From Carcharhinus amblyrhynchos (taxonomy: Eukaryota): a stretch of 64,000 nucleotides of DNA. Location: contig OZ336900.1 of the NCBI GenBank assembly GCA_965287045.1, positions 13,764,001 to 13,828,000 on the forward strand. Reading direction: 5' to 3'. Positions 39,380-52,500 of this stretch are shown piece by piece; position 1 is the stretch's first letter, and each line of letters opens with the position of its first letter. The position numbers were made by a program, and so were the translations under genes. The notes beneath the pieces are model-generated. The model was given only the letters and a program-made list of their open reading frames with translations. It made no database searches and had not been told where the DNA came from.

Positions 39380-39820
39380 AAGAAAAGATAGCACCTTTGA
39401 CCACCATTGGATGTTCCAAAGCACTTTTCAATCAATGAAGTTCTTTTGTGGTGTAGTAGCTGTTGTAAAGTAGGAAGTACAGCAGGTAATTTACACACAG
39501 TGAACTGCCACAAACAGCAATGTGGTAATGACTGTGTTAACGTGGCAATGATTTGTCAGTTGAAGGATAAATAATGGCTTGCATGCTGAGGATAACTCTC
39601 CTACTCTTCTTCAAAATAGTGCCTGGGAAACTTTCACATACACTTGAATGAGTAGACAGGACAATCCCATCTGAAAGCCAGTATTTCTGACAGTGCACCG
39701 TTCCCTCAGTACTACACTGGAGTGCGTCCCTTAATTTTGTGCTTAAAGATCTGGAATGGAACTTGAACTCATAGCCATCTAACTCCAACACAAAACTACA
39801 AATCACTGAACCACAGTTGA
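39380..39820 (-). mobile_element. Deu-domain SINE (SacSINE1-like), degraded
   Basis: cacaaacagcaatgtg, ctcttcttcaaaatagtgcc and ccctcagtactacactgg; reverse complement of the 55590-55980 family. Confidence 0.65.
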
Positions 39821-42800
39821 CAATCTGCCATAGGAATAAGTGAAGAAGAAATTTCTTCTATCTAGTTATACAATTACTTGCATTAACATTAAAAGGAGGT
39901 GAGTTATAAGAGAGTTTATTCTTTAATAATACTAAATTATTTAATAATAATATAGACTTTGCAGAAAATTTCCAAAGGCCAATGGTATACATGGACTATA
40001 TTCACATCATAGAGTTAACATTAATAGTTAGATTCCTGTAATTAGGCATAGGCAAAATACTAAGATTCCAGGATATCTGAAATCTGTCCTTTAGTTTGAC
40101 ATATTGTTTACAGACAAACAGATTAACAGACAGGAACGTAAACATCATCTATGTCCATCTTGAATGGCAGAGGTAAAAATGGAGAACTTCAACCTGACAT
40201 CTCGATTAAAACAAATATTTTAATACACAGAATCTGTAGGATTACTGAACTTTTTTGCAAGAAAAACTTAGAATTTGGTGCTCAAACATAGAGTTAGCTT
40301 AGTACAAGTCACCTCCCACCTGAGTGGGTTGTCCAACCATCCGTCTCAGGGGATGGTAGCAAAATAAACATAGATGGGCAGTAAATGCCATTATCAGGCA
40401 ATGACTATCCCATTTAACTCCAGGGGTATTCAATTTAAAATTGACCCCATTCTATTTTGAGCTTATAGAATATAGATTTATACCCCCAACTGTCACCCAT
40501 AATATTCCCATTCATAGATATATTACCAAAGAAGGTGTTGAGCTGCCCAGAAGCTCCTCAAGAGTAACACTAAAAGTTTAGTGAAGTCTCAAATAAACCT
40601 AAAGAGCAGGAGAGACGTGAATGTGGCATGGAAAACGATCATTGTGCTTAAATATATCTGAAGTAAGTCACTAAGAAATTCACACAGGTAGAATTTCACT
40701 TTGCTCAACATGGAACGCAAAGCCTTCATAGGAGCACATCCTATTTATTTACAACCAGACAGCTTAAGTTCAGCTTGGGATGCCCTAGTATGCATAGGGG
40801 TAATGTAAGTATTTAAAAATATCTCAAGCCTATTAGCACAGAACACTGGTGAGCTTCCTGCTCCCTGCCAATGAGACCCAATCTGCCCTTGCACAGTTAT
40901 CTGGAATCAAGTGGCTACAATTCCAGCATCCAGTGTGAGGTCTTAACCTTCAAATTTAATTAATAAGTCAGGCTTTTAATCATGAATGATGGATATATTC
41001 CTTTAGTATTATGAAAGGACTAGTGCAATGCAACAAGTGATATGTCAATTGTTCTGGAAATCAAATATTGAGTATCAAACTTACTCATTGCCATTGTTAT
41101 CAGTCTTTGGCAAAGAAATGTTGCTTGCCATGAACCTAAAGTTTCAGAAATGAGGATAAACTTGTGAGTAAATGTACCCTGCTCAATCAGGAAGGTCTCC
41201 TGTTTGACTCCTGATCTGATCCAGATAACTAATTGCAGTCAATTAGCAGCAGTGGGTGTTACGTTTGGTCTCACATGTCTTGCTTCTGTTAAGACTCATC
41301 CTTGAAGAATGTCCACTTAAGGTGAATTACCAAATCCAGCAGTAAAAAAAATTATATCTCAGCATGAATCAGCAATTTTAGGAAATGAAGAAAGAACAAC
41401 TTATAACAAAGATGGGAAAAAAACTTTCGATCTAGTATTATCCACAAATTTTTAAAAATGTGAATATATTTATATTCAACTATTAGCAAGTGTTTGATGT
41501 TTGCTGGCACTTAATGTTAATACAATACCACTACTGGAGGAAGGGACAACAATTTTGTTTTGAATACTAAATATGTTTAACAACACTTGCACATATGAAT
41601 ATTGTGGAAAACCTAAAAACAAAATTCTTAACTTATTGATTCCACTACAACATGCAATATTAACCCTTAGATTGCTAGATGTTGTTTATGTCACGATCCA
41701 TTGGCTTTACATTGATGTCGAAATAAGTGCGCAGTGTAAGACTAGCATGACTCCAATATCATGAGTAGGTTTGTTGCTATACAAAAATGGTTGGAAAATC
41801 AAGGGCAAAGTGTACGCAAATGTTTCCGACTGCTGGTTAAACACCTTATTGACAGTGCAGTTCATAAAACCAGACCTAAAAATTAACCACTATCGATGCT
41901 CTTCAAACAGTGGCTTTAAAATTGCTTTCAGACAACCTATATATTTTTTAATTTTGATCTTTTGTTTTTGCTAAAGTAAGACAACATAAAATTAACAATA
42001 GTATACTCATTATCATCGCTGCATGACAATGGCGGAATTCTCTCAGAAAAACTATGGACACATTTTCCTGTCGCACCTGCTATGTAGGGGTGGGTCACGT
42101 CAGGGATCTGGATGAGAAGGCATGTCAGGGGAGTTGTAGCGGGCAAGACAGAAAGTCCAGCAGACCATTCCAGTCTTGGGGCATGCCGGAGAATCCCACC
42201 CCTAATGTCATAATGGTGAGAATAATGGAGTGATCATCACCTGTCGCTCAGATGCGCTCCACACCGCAATCGTCCCCCAGTTAGTCACTTTTTTGGAGAG
42301 TTTGCGCCAGTACTGAGGACTGGCCTAAACACACCGGTGAGCTTGGCTTCAGACTGCAAGGGTACCCTATTTCACAATACTTTGGGAGGCCCCCTCCTCC
42401 CCCCATGGACATTGGAACACACCCCCCATTCGGTGGCTTGTTCCCCACTCTCAGCCTGGCATAGGTCACCAGCATTGGGGCATCAGGGCTTTCCTGACAT
42501 GCCCCTCGCCTGACCTCCAACATGCCTATTCTCATCATGACCAATGAAATGATCCACAACTACATAGCCACCAAACTCCCCCCACCATCATAACTCTCAC
42601 TCAGCACCCACGCTTGCACTGCCCCTGGCCCATTGGAGGTGCCCAACTAGCATCCTGGGGTGTCCGTTGGCCACTGCCAGGGTATCTCATGGCCCCACTA
42701 TTATGCCAGGTGGGACCTGTCAGGTGGACACTCCTTGACAGACAATGCTCAGCAATGCCACCGACCACACGGGGGCTTCAGTGAGCTCTGAGCCCCCTAG

Positions 42801-44061
42801 TGTGACTATCGAGCCACAACTCAGTTGATGGAGACCAGTAGTGATTCTCACCACTTTTGCCCTGCACCCGATAGCCGGAGAATTCTGCGCAATGGGAATC
42901 AAAAGGACAATACATATTTAAATACTACTTTAAATATGCTAATCAGCCTCACATCCTTTTGGCGCAATCTGGACCAGGCACAGTGAGGGCAGAGAACCCC
43001 CCAATGTCCACAACTCTTCTATAATCACAGTAGATTTCCTGAATGGTAGAAGCAATTAACAAAGTATATGATATTACTCAATGACAAGCCTTTTACACAG
43101 AATATTACCACACATTTATCTACTCGTCCTACATTGACAGAAACATTTCTGATGAGTTGTTATAATGGTTTTTGACATGTGTATGGCTTTTATCCCTTTG
43201 GAACAAGAAATATTTTTCCAACTTATTGTACTTGGAAAGAAGCCATTTATTTATGGTGGTTTGAATTTCAACCATGTCTATTTTTTGACATTTGTACACC
43301 ACCAAGTGTCACATTGTTGCTGACTGTTGAAGTACTCACTAACGATAAAAAAGCAGTCACAATTATCATTTCTATATATGAATTATAATTTCTATATATG
43401 AATAACATCAGCACTCCTAAAAGTCTGCTTTGTACCCACACTCTTTCCCTCTCTCTCTCTGCCTTTCTGCACTCTGGAACAATCCTTTCAGAGCCTGCAG
43501 CCATGCATTGTACACTGTTTCAACAATCTATTCTTGCATTTCCCAAAAAGCCAGCAGTCTATGCTTTCAGCGTATGATCCAAATAAATTTTATTGCAGAG
43601 GAAAAAGCCATCGGTGAGTTAGAGTGCCCTTGAGGCTCACGAGTTATGTTCCCAACATTAATCCATGATTTACTTTTCTAGAAATGATCAAATCCTTGTT
43701 ACATCCGTATTTAGCCGTATGGTAACATGACAGATCTATTGGCACTTCCTTATATCCCACCCCCTACAATCCTCCAACCCATTTCTTACAGTCACACTGT
43801 TGTAATTGGGGATTTCGGTTAAGTGTCAGGGACAATAATAGGTTCAAAGGTTATGCACCTCGAAGATGGGAATTGGGAGCTGAGTTTAATTCTAAGTCAC
43901 TAGCCTCCTGTAAGAAATTAAGATTAATATATTGCTTGTATTGTTTTTGGAAAAGTTCTAAATTTAAATACTGTTTGACTATACTGTTTACAGCTGGGAG
44001 AGAGCTATAGAGTTAAAATTTTTTATGAAGCACGCTTTTCAGAGAGCTGCTCCTTCTGGTT

Positions 44062-44383
44062 GGGCAACACAGTGGTGCGGTGGTTAGCACTGCTGCCTCA
44101 CAGTGCCAGGAATCCAGGTTCAATCCCAGCCTTGGGACACTGTCTGTGTGGAGTTTGCACATTCTCCCCGTATCTGAATAGGTTTCCTCTGTGTGTTCTG
44201 GTTTCCTTCCAAAGATGTGCGGGTTAGGTGGATTGACCATGCTAAATTGCCCCTCAGTGTTGGGGGACTAGCTAGGAAAAATGCATGGGGCTTTGGGGAT
44301 GGGGCCTTAGTGGGATTGTGGTCAGTGTAGACTCAATGGGCCGAATGACCTCTTTCTGACGTAGGGATTCTGTGATTCTATGA
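44062..44383 (+). mobile_element. HE1 SINE (type A), near full length
   Basis: A/B boxes, tgtggagtttgcacattctcccc core, tail gattctgtgattctatga. Confidence 0.9.
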
Positions 44384-44930
44384 AAAGTCACATGCAGTCA
44401 CATGGTTATTAAATGGCATAAATATAGAGCCAGCAAGTCAGGTGTGAGATGGCCAGGCAACCAGGTCACATTTAGCAGGGGATGATGTGCAGAACTCCTT
44501 GTAGACAGCCTGTAGAGCACATAACGGTTGGGACCATGAGACACACAGATACAGCATCGCAGGAGGGGGAGCCCAAGCAGAGAAGACGTTGAAGGAAACC
44601 AAGTACAGCATCACATATGTCCAGGCAATGTCAAGGGGCAAAACTCAAAAGCATCTTGTCTATTATTGCCTACAGTTAAGTATTTCTGTTTAATAATTTA
44701 CTTAATATCTTCTGTTACCATGTTGCATCAAAATCATTGTCTGTTGCTTTTTTGTCATCTCCCTAGAACTCAGTCAACGTCAGGGAACCTTATACTGCTA
44801 AGAAGTGGGGACTTAACTGGCCTGGAGACAGGTCTGCCATCTAATGACCCAAGGTGGGAATGGGTAGGTTAAATGCCACACACCCACCCTCCCTCTCCAT
44901 TCTGTGGAGAATCCAGCCCTGCTTTTTTCT

Positions 44931-45237
44931 AGTGACATGGTGGCATAGAGGTTAGCACTGCTACCTCACAGCTCCAGGAACCCGGGTTCGATTCCCATCT
45001 TGGGTGACTGTGTGGAGTCTGCACATTCTTCCTGTGTTTCCGTGGGTTTCCTCCAGTTGCTCCAGTTTCCTCCCACAGCCCAAAAAACATGCTGATTAGG
45101 TGCACTGATCATGCTAAATTCTCCCGCCATGTACCCAAACATTCACTGGAGTGTGGTGATTAGGGGATCTTCACAGTAACTTCATTGCAGTGTTAATGCA
45201 AGCTTACATGTGTCACTCATAAATAAACATAAAAAAC
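44931..45237 (+). mobile_element. tRNA-derived V-SINE, tail type B
   Basis: ggttcgattccc B box; tail cacagtaacttcattgcagtgttaatgcaagcttac...aaataaa. Confidence 0.85.
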
Positions 45238-45325
45238 ACGGTAGACATTGCATCCAACATAATCACAGTTAGGCAACTTTCAAAGATGCAAGCTTTATTC
45301 ATACCATCCTTATTGAGATGTGCTG

Positions 45326-45541
45326 TGTCATGGTGACAGCTGATGGTGTGTACTTTAATATTAGATACGACTCAGATAAGATAGCAGAAGATACACTGCA
45401 TATGGGGACACCTGACCTGTGGAAGTCTGAAGGTCAGATAGCACATGTTAACGAGTTAGCCAGCATGGCAGATTAAATTGTGTTGTTCTTGCAGTTAAAC
45501 CTATGACTTTGAGTGTTGCTCCTTCAGCCAGAGATGTGACA
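45326..45541 (+). mobile_element. 5' LTR of Gypsy element (216 bp)
   Basis: TGTCA...TGACA termini followed by PBS-like ttggcagcagg, then gag. Confidence 0.65.
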
Positions 45542-46170
45542 TTGGCAGCAGGAGATAAATAAAAAGAAATATAGGATTGTGTCATGGCATTCACTAGAAC
45601 TAATATAGCCGCAATCCAGAGAATTAAGCTATTTGATCTGATGGGTGATGCCTGTAGCCTCAACATGAAATGGAAAGTGTTCTGGAGGAGTTTGAAGCAA
45701 ATGCTGACATTCACGTTCTGTTTTTGAACAGGAAAACTATGGCACAGAAAGCACCTTATTGTTGACCTTACTGTTTTCAATAGGTGCTTTGATGAGGAAG
45801 ACTTTCAAGACATTGCCCAAGACATTGGGAAAAATGGCAGAGTATGAACGTGTAGTGAAAATTATGAAGGATCGTAATATGGTGATGCTAAATGCCGCAT
45901 TCCAAAGACATTTTCTGACAAATGAGTCACAAAGAAGGGGCGTACACATTGGCCTCAGTTGGACCCCTTTGAGGAAGGTGTCATCAGACAGATGCAATTA
46001 TGTTGCAATTGATTTGAATAAACAGATTATAGATTAGGGGGTCAAACATTGCAAATAGGATAAGGTGAGGCATAATCTGCTGAAAAAAGGTGACTTAATA
46101 TTAATTTTGAAAATAGCAGCAGTATTGGAATCAGTAGTTTTAGTGACAAGATCAGAAATGGAAATCAGAA
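45542..46170 (+). pseudogene. Gypsy gag N-terminal remnant
   Basis: Broken frames: LFDLMGDA, EEFEANAD, RKTFKTLP, YERVVKIM, NAAFQRHF, KVRHNLLKKGDL; fits the Gypsy gag pattern. Confidence 0.7.
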
Positions 46171-47888
46171 GTTAGACCCCAATTTTTTTTTGATATTTTG
46201 ACATTAGCATTGAAGATAAAGATAAGGTATAAGAACATAAGAACATAAGAAATAGGAGCAGGAGTAGGCCATCTAGCCCTTCGAGCCTGCCCCGCCATTC
46301 AATAAGATCATGGCTGATCTGTCGTGGCTCAGTTTCACATTCCCGCTCTCTCCCCATAACCCTTAATCCCCTCGCTTATCAAAAACCCATCAACCCACAT
46401 CTTAAAAATATTTAGCGAGGCAGCATCCACCACCTCAACGGGCAGAGAATTCCAGAGATTCACCACCCTTTGAGTGAAGAAGTTCTTCCTCAACTCCGTT
46501 CTAAACTGCCCCCCCCCCCTTTATTTTGAGGCTGTGCCCCCTAGTCCTACTGTCCTTTCTGAGCGGGAAGAGTCTCTCCACCTCTATCCTATCCATCCCA
46601 TTCATCATCTTATACGTCTCAATGAGATCTCCCCTCATTCTTCTAAACTCTAACGAGTACAAGCCTAGTTTATTCAGCCTCTCCTCATAGCTCAACCCCC
46701 TCAACTCCAGTATCAGCCTAGTAAACCTCCTCTGCACTCCCTCTGAGGCCAAAATATCCTTGCGTAAGTACGGCGACCAAAACTGCACACAGTACTCCAG
46801 CTGTGGCCTCACCAATGCCCTATATAGCCGCAGCAAGACCGCCCTACTTTTATATTCAATCCCCCTCGCTACGAAGGCCAGCATCCCATTTGCCTTCCTG
46901 ACCACCTGCTGCACCTGCAGGCTGGGTTTTTGCGACTCATGCACAAGGACCCCGAGGTCCCTCTGCACCGTTGCCTTGCTGCAGTTTTTCGCCACGTAAG
47001 TAATAGTCCTTCCTACCATTATTCCTCCCAAAGTGGACCACCTCGCACTTGCCAACATTAAATTCCATTTGCCATTTCCTGGCCCATTTGCCCAGCCTAT
47101 CTAGATCCTTCTGCAGACTCTTCACACCCTCCGTGCAATTTGCCGTTCCACCAATCTTGGTGATCCTATTGACATACTTGGAAGCTTTTCATCAAAACAA
47201 ACATGCAGTTTAAGTATAGCAAATGAATTAGCTTAATGTTTATCAATTGAAGTACTTAAACATGACAAGGTACAATTCTTAACTGCTAATCTATCTCTAT
47301 TAGTTCCAATTTAAGCATTATTCCTCATAGGCTTAAACTCCTCTTCAAAACAGTTAGCAATTAATACATGCTTACGTGTTTTACTTGTTAACAGTCCTAG
47401 GGCCTTTAAACACTTTTGGAGAGAGATATAGATATCTGTCTTCTGACACGTAAACAGCAAGCCTCCAGAGAGAGAAAGAGAGAAATAAATACCTCTTTCT
47501 TCATTGAGGATTAAGTAGAAACTAAACCTTTTTTTTCCTGTAAATTCAGCTCCACCCATTCATAGAACTCTGTTTCTTAACAATAAATCTAATTAAACCC
47601 TACTCTGAAACTCCATGGAAAAATCAAAAATAAACAGAAATGCATTAAGGTGAAAACACACACCCCATTATCTATGATCAACTGTTTTCCTAAATTCTCA
47701 GCATGGAGCTACCTGATTTCTAGACAGATCAGCATCCTGAAAGAAGGAAGAAGTATTTCTTTCCCCTTCTCCCTGGAGGCTACTGTTTGAGTGTTGCTCT
47801 GTATCCCTCTCTAGAAGTCAACCAGAGTTGAATGCCCCTCATAAGAAACATGATGTAAATACACTTCCGAAATGCACAGTATTATCAT
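46171..47888 (-). mobile_element. Probable solo LTR inserted in the Gypsy gag and split by a CR1
   Basis: Non-coding; right end (aaatacacttccgaaatgcacagtattatca) resembles the end of 49812-50531 (aaatacatttcataaaggcacactatcgtcaca). Confidence 0.45.
46230..47162 (-). mobile_element. Young 5'-truncated CR1 LINE (RT C-terminus and 3' UTR)
   Basis: LQKDLDRLGKWARKWQMEFNVGKC, then (one frameshift) QRDLGVLVHES...LYRALVRPQLEYCVQFWSPYL...RTRGHSLKI; CpG-rich; (TTCTTATG)n tail. Confidence 0.95.
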
Positions 47889-47890
47889 AG

Positions 47891-48095
47891 TAGAACAAAG
47901 AACAAAACAGCCCAGGAAACAGGCCCTTTGGCCCAACGAGCCCGCGCCACCATTTTAACATTATGAGTCCCCCCTCCACCCATGACCCTTGTCTATGCTT
48001 ACAGCATTCCACATTGAGGGAAGACTAATTTAGCGACAATTTGTTACGCCAATCAGCCTAATAGCACATCTTTGGGGTTGGGAGGAAACTGGAGT
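47891..48095 (-). mobile_element. Partial SINE (V-core and tail)
   Basis: Tail shared with 1864-1956; gcacatctttggggttgggaggaaactggag core. Confidence 0.6.
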
Positions 48096-48099
48096 AGTT

Positions 48100-49810
48100 G
48101 GACAATTATACAGAATGAAACTTGGTTCCACCTCTGCCATTGGTTAATAAAGTGGCGCAACAGAATCTAGGTACATGTAAATGTAAACAGTAAAAGTTAG
48201 AGTGTTTCAGATGTGGCAACCTGCAGCAGTATGGAAGGATACTTGGTGTCCTGGCAAGGGAAATATATCCAGAAAATGTAGGGGAAAAGACCATTTTTAC
48301 AAGAAGTGGAGAAGAATGGCTGAACACAGTGAGAAGCCTAGCAAACCACTTAAAGGAAAAAGAGCAAAAATGGTACAACCATGAGACAAGTTGAACAAGA
48401 TACAGGGAGTGAAGACACAAATAACAATCAGGGATACACGTTTTCTGTCACTAGGAGTAACTATGAGAATGTTCCATAGATTGTCGGTAGTGTGGAAGTG
48501 AGTATTATTATAGCTACAGGCAGTAACACTAATATCATTGATAGAGCACTGTAGGCAGAACTGAAGACAAAGAGAATCAAATGAACATCTCAAAAATGTG
48601 TCAAAAAGCTTACTTATCAAAAACCCCAGTTCAAACTGTTGGATGTTTCATTGTGGTAGTGAGAGCTGGGGAGCAGAATGAAGAGGTAGAATTTATAGTA
48701 ACTGAGTAAGATGGTGAGCCTCTTCGATCAGAGAAACTGCCCAAAGCTTGGCAGTGCTATTGGAAGTGAATTCTGTGCAAAATGATACGAAGCTTGGAAA
48801 TGAGTTTGGACCAGTATTTCAAGGAATTGGAAAGTTACACAACCACCAAGATTAACCATTGATGAAACATGAAGCTTGTCGCTGAGCCTCTATGCAAAAC
48901 ATTTGGTCTGATAAGGAAAGTTCAGGCAAAGACCAAGGCCAGTTAGATTGCAGCCAGCAGCATATACAAGTGCTGGCTGGGTGTCATGGAGCTAATGTTA
49001 GTGGGACATAAATTCACAAGCAGTGGAACTAATCCAGCCGAAGGCAAGATAGAAGCAATAGCAAAGACCGATAAACCACTAAATGCCAGCAAAATGAGAA
49101 GTGTTCTGTGACTTCTGAGTTATAGCCCAAACTTTGCTCCCCGACTGATCCATTGAGGAAGTTGACCAGAAAGAATAAACAGTTCATATTTGATGAAGAA
49201 CAGAAAACTTCCTTCAAAGCGTTGAAAGACAGCTTGACAAGTGCTCAAACCCTGGGATACTATGAACCAAATGCACCAACAAAAATCATAGCAGATGCTA
49301 GTCCGGTAGAATTATGAGCAGAGCTGGTACAATGCATGCTGAAGGCCCAAGAATCATCATTTAAGTGAGCAGGTCTCTAACAGATGTGGAGAGGGGATAT
49401 TCCCAGATGGAGAAAGAGGCCCTAGGATTGGTGTGGGTATGTGAAAGATGCATACTTATTCAGCATAGAGTTTGGATTAGTGACGGATCACAGGCCATTA
49501 GAGATGATTTATTCCCACAGATCCAAGCAATGCCTCGAATTGAAAGAGAGGAATGGAGACTCCAACAGTACATGTACAGGTGGTTCACATTGCTGGAATG
49601 ATGAACATTACTAACCCATGGTCGTGACTACAGAGACAGGGCGAAATACATAGACCCTTACTACAGAGGAAGCTAAATTGTTTTTGGGGTGGTGGCAGTT
49701 GAAGCTACATCCAGAGCAATGACAACTAGGGAGATTGAGAGAGTGTCAGACAAAGATCCAAAATTGGATGACATCAGACAGATAATCCAAGCTGCAAATT
49801 GGGAAAATGG
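48100..49810 (+). pseudogene. Gypsy gag zinc knuckle, protease, partial RT and RNase H remnant
   Basis: CFRCG...CPGKGNISRKCRGKDHF knuckle; IIATGSNTNIID protease-like motif; LGYYEPNAPTKIIADASPV, SRSLTDVERGYSQMEKEALGLVWVCER and TDHRPL RNase H motifs; RT core not seen. Confidence 0.88.
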
Positions 49811-49811
49811 T

Positions 49812-50531
49812 CTGTTCAAGCTGTATATTGCTATACAAGTTGAAGCCTTTACTAAAACAAACTTAGAATATAACAAAAAGAATTTGCATAACTTTTTTAC
49901 CAATTAAAACATTTAAATACAACAAAGTATAATCTTTAACAGCTCTCCGACTCTTTAGTTCCAATGTAAACAATATCTTCATAGACAAATAAATCCTATT
50001 TCAGAATCAATTAAAAAAGCCAGATTTGCAACATGGATGCTAGATTTCAATTTTTTAACATTTCTGGGCAGATACAGAAAGAAATCTGCCTTCTGACTCT
50101 CATACAGCAATTTCCAGAGAAGGTTATATCTGCAAGCAATAGAACTTCAGAGAAATAAACCAGCCTCTGGCAGATTCCAGTCTCCAGACTTCAGAGCGAG
50201 AAAGGGCTATTTGTTTCTACAGCTTCCAAACTGAGCTTAATTTTTCTATATAAGCCTAGCTCCTTCCAGTCACGTGATTTATTCTCTGTCAATCATCCTA
50301 CTCAAGCACTACTCTGCAAAAGCCCTGGGGAAAACACTAAAATAACAGTACAGCACTAGTCCAGATTAAAACAAACATTCTAGCAATTAAGATTAATGAT
50401 GCTGCTACAGTAACAACAAAGACTGCCATGCATAGACAAAACAATACTGATACTTAGAACTGCCTGCTAAAAAAAATCCTGCACAAGATACATGACCAAA
50501 ATACATTTCATAAAGGCACACTATCGTCACA
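49812..50531 (-). mobile_element. Probable solo LTR truncating the Gypsy pol
   Basis: Ends ...atcgtcaca (TGTGACGAT on minus); minus-strand TATA-like site near 50246; left boundary uncertain. Confidence 0.45.
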
Positions 50532-51984
50532 ACACCAGAAGTACATATCTTATAACTTGTGACCTCATGTTTCATTTTTCTGACTGGCTAAATGTTATTG
50601 TGTTGCAGATACGCTGAAGTTAGGTAACAACTTCCAACGAGAAAGCTATGGAAAGTATGTAGGCAATGGCAGGTCTAATAAACAGCAGGCTCCATTTTTG
50701 CATCTGCTAACAGTAAATAGTGGCCCTTGAATAATGATCATCAAACAAAAAATAAATTAAGGCAAAAGAAAAACAAAAAAAAAGTAAAATACAAAAAACA
50801 ATCTTTTAAAAACAGCTGCAAAGAATAAAATTGGATGGAAAACGATACTAATTCAGTTCTTCTGCATTCCCTGCAGTGCTTTAAATACTTTCCATCTTTG
50901 AACTTACCGCACGAGGATTTGATCAGCAGAGTCCAAAGTAATTGCTCTGTACAATCCCAATAACTTTCAAATGATTTTATTTGTACATTAGGTTAAGTTT
51001 TTTTTGAATAAGTAGTCATCATCATAGAGGCCCAGAAATCAATGTCCTGTAAAAGAGGTAATATATTCATCCAGAACTGAGGAAAACATAGCATAATTGT
51101 GCATATCTTCCGAAACAGCCTAGCTTCACTGTCATTAATATCGCATTAACAAAATCATTCATCATGGCAGACTTGTGCAAAAAAAGGATGTTGTTTAATT
51201 TGATATAAAAACAACTATTAAAAGTTGCAAAATTTGATTATGCCAAGCACATTGACATGGTTGGACATGAGCTTTTCAAACAGATTTTTTCCCTTATTCA
51301 CAATATATTCTTTTTTCCTAAAATATAAATGGCAGAATACATTTGCCTGTGCCAGAACTGAAAAACATAAATAACACACTGCAAAGAGATCTATGATATT
51401 GGTTCCACAATGATGGATATTTGGCAAAACCAATTAAGTCTGAGAAACAGCAACTTGTATTATCTGAGAGCACTGAATGCACGAAATGCAATGATATCAT
51501 ACTGTATATATGATTATATCAGAATAATATCCTACAGCACAGAAGAAGACCACTCGGCCTATTGTGACTGTGCCAGCCCTTTGAATTTATGTTAAGGTTT
51601 TTCTACCCTAAAGAGAACATGTCCAGTTTCTCTCGTCTCCTTTTCGATATATAAATGTAGTGTCCCTGGTATCATATTGGTCAATCTCCTTTGCACCCTC
51701 TCCTATAATCCTTTTTAATTGTGGATGGATTCGCAAATTTCCAACTTTACAAATAAACCTGCTATTTATTAAACTGCCTTTCCCAGGCAGTAATTCAGTT
51801 TAAATACAGCTTCTCTTTCTGTCCAAACACCCTGCCAGTTCCAAAGATGAGTCATACTGGATTCAAAACATTCACTTTAAACGTTAACAAATGTTATGTT
51901 GTATATTATGTAGTTAAAGAGCTAGGAATTAATTGTTATGTGAATTTACATATCCCCAGTTGTCACATTCATTAAGGTCGGGAT

Positions 51985-52500
51985 AAATGCAAATTATTGC
52001 AGATGCTAGAATCTGAAACCAAAAGATAAAATGCTGGAAAATCTCAGCAAGTCTGGCAGCATCTGTAAGGCGAGAAAAGAGCTGACATTCTGAGTCCAGA
52101 TGACCCTTTGTCAAAGCTAAAAAGCATAGAAAGTGGGTGAGGGACTGAAAGATGAGTCATAGCCACAGAAACCAGGGGAAAAGACTACTAATGGCTGTCC
52201 ACAGAGAGAATAAAGGGTGTGAATGGCCAAACAGAGACGCTGTAAACTGTGCCAGATGGAGATGTTGAGGTGGGGGGGGGTGCTGTGGTGGGATGGGGAC
52301 AGAGGTAGAATGTAGGAAAGGGTAGGTGGGGGCAGGGGGAGAAAAGGAAAGGTGAGGGGAGGGGGATGGAGTAGGGAGAAGGAAGAAGTGGGGAGGAGGA
52401 AAAATGAAGAAAGCTCGTTAAGAAATAAAACATAGAAAACAGTAAAAAAATTAAATAATGAAAACAAAGCGGGGCTGAGGTGGGGTAGAGCAAATCATCT
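51985..52500. mobile_element. Penelope-like fragment with purine-rich interior
   Basis: gcagatgctagaatctgaaacc...aaatgctggaaaatctcagcaagtctggcagcatctgt; G/A-rich tract 52260-52410. Confidence 0.6.

Noticed and set aside
44062-44135. tRNA genes at A/B-box sequences (also near 17808, 19077, 23448, 44931, 63857)
   Set aside because: These are SINE heads that run straight into the SINE core; no full cloverleaf is evident.
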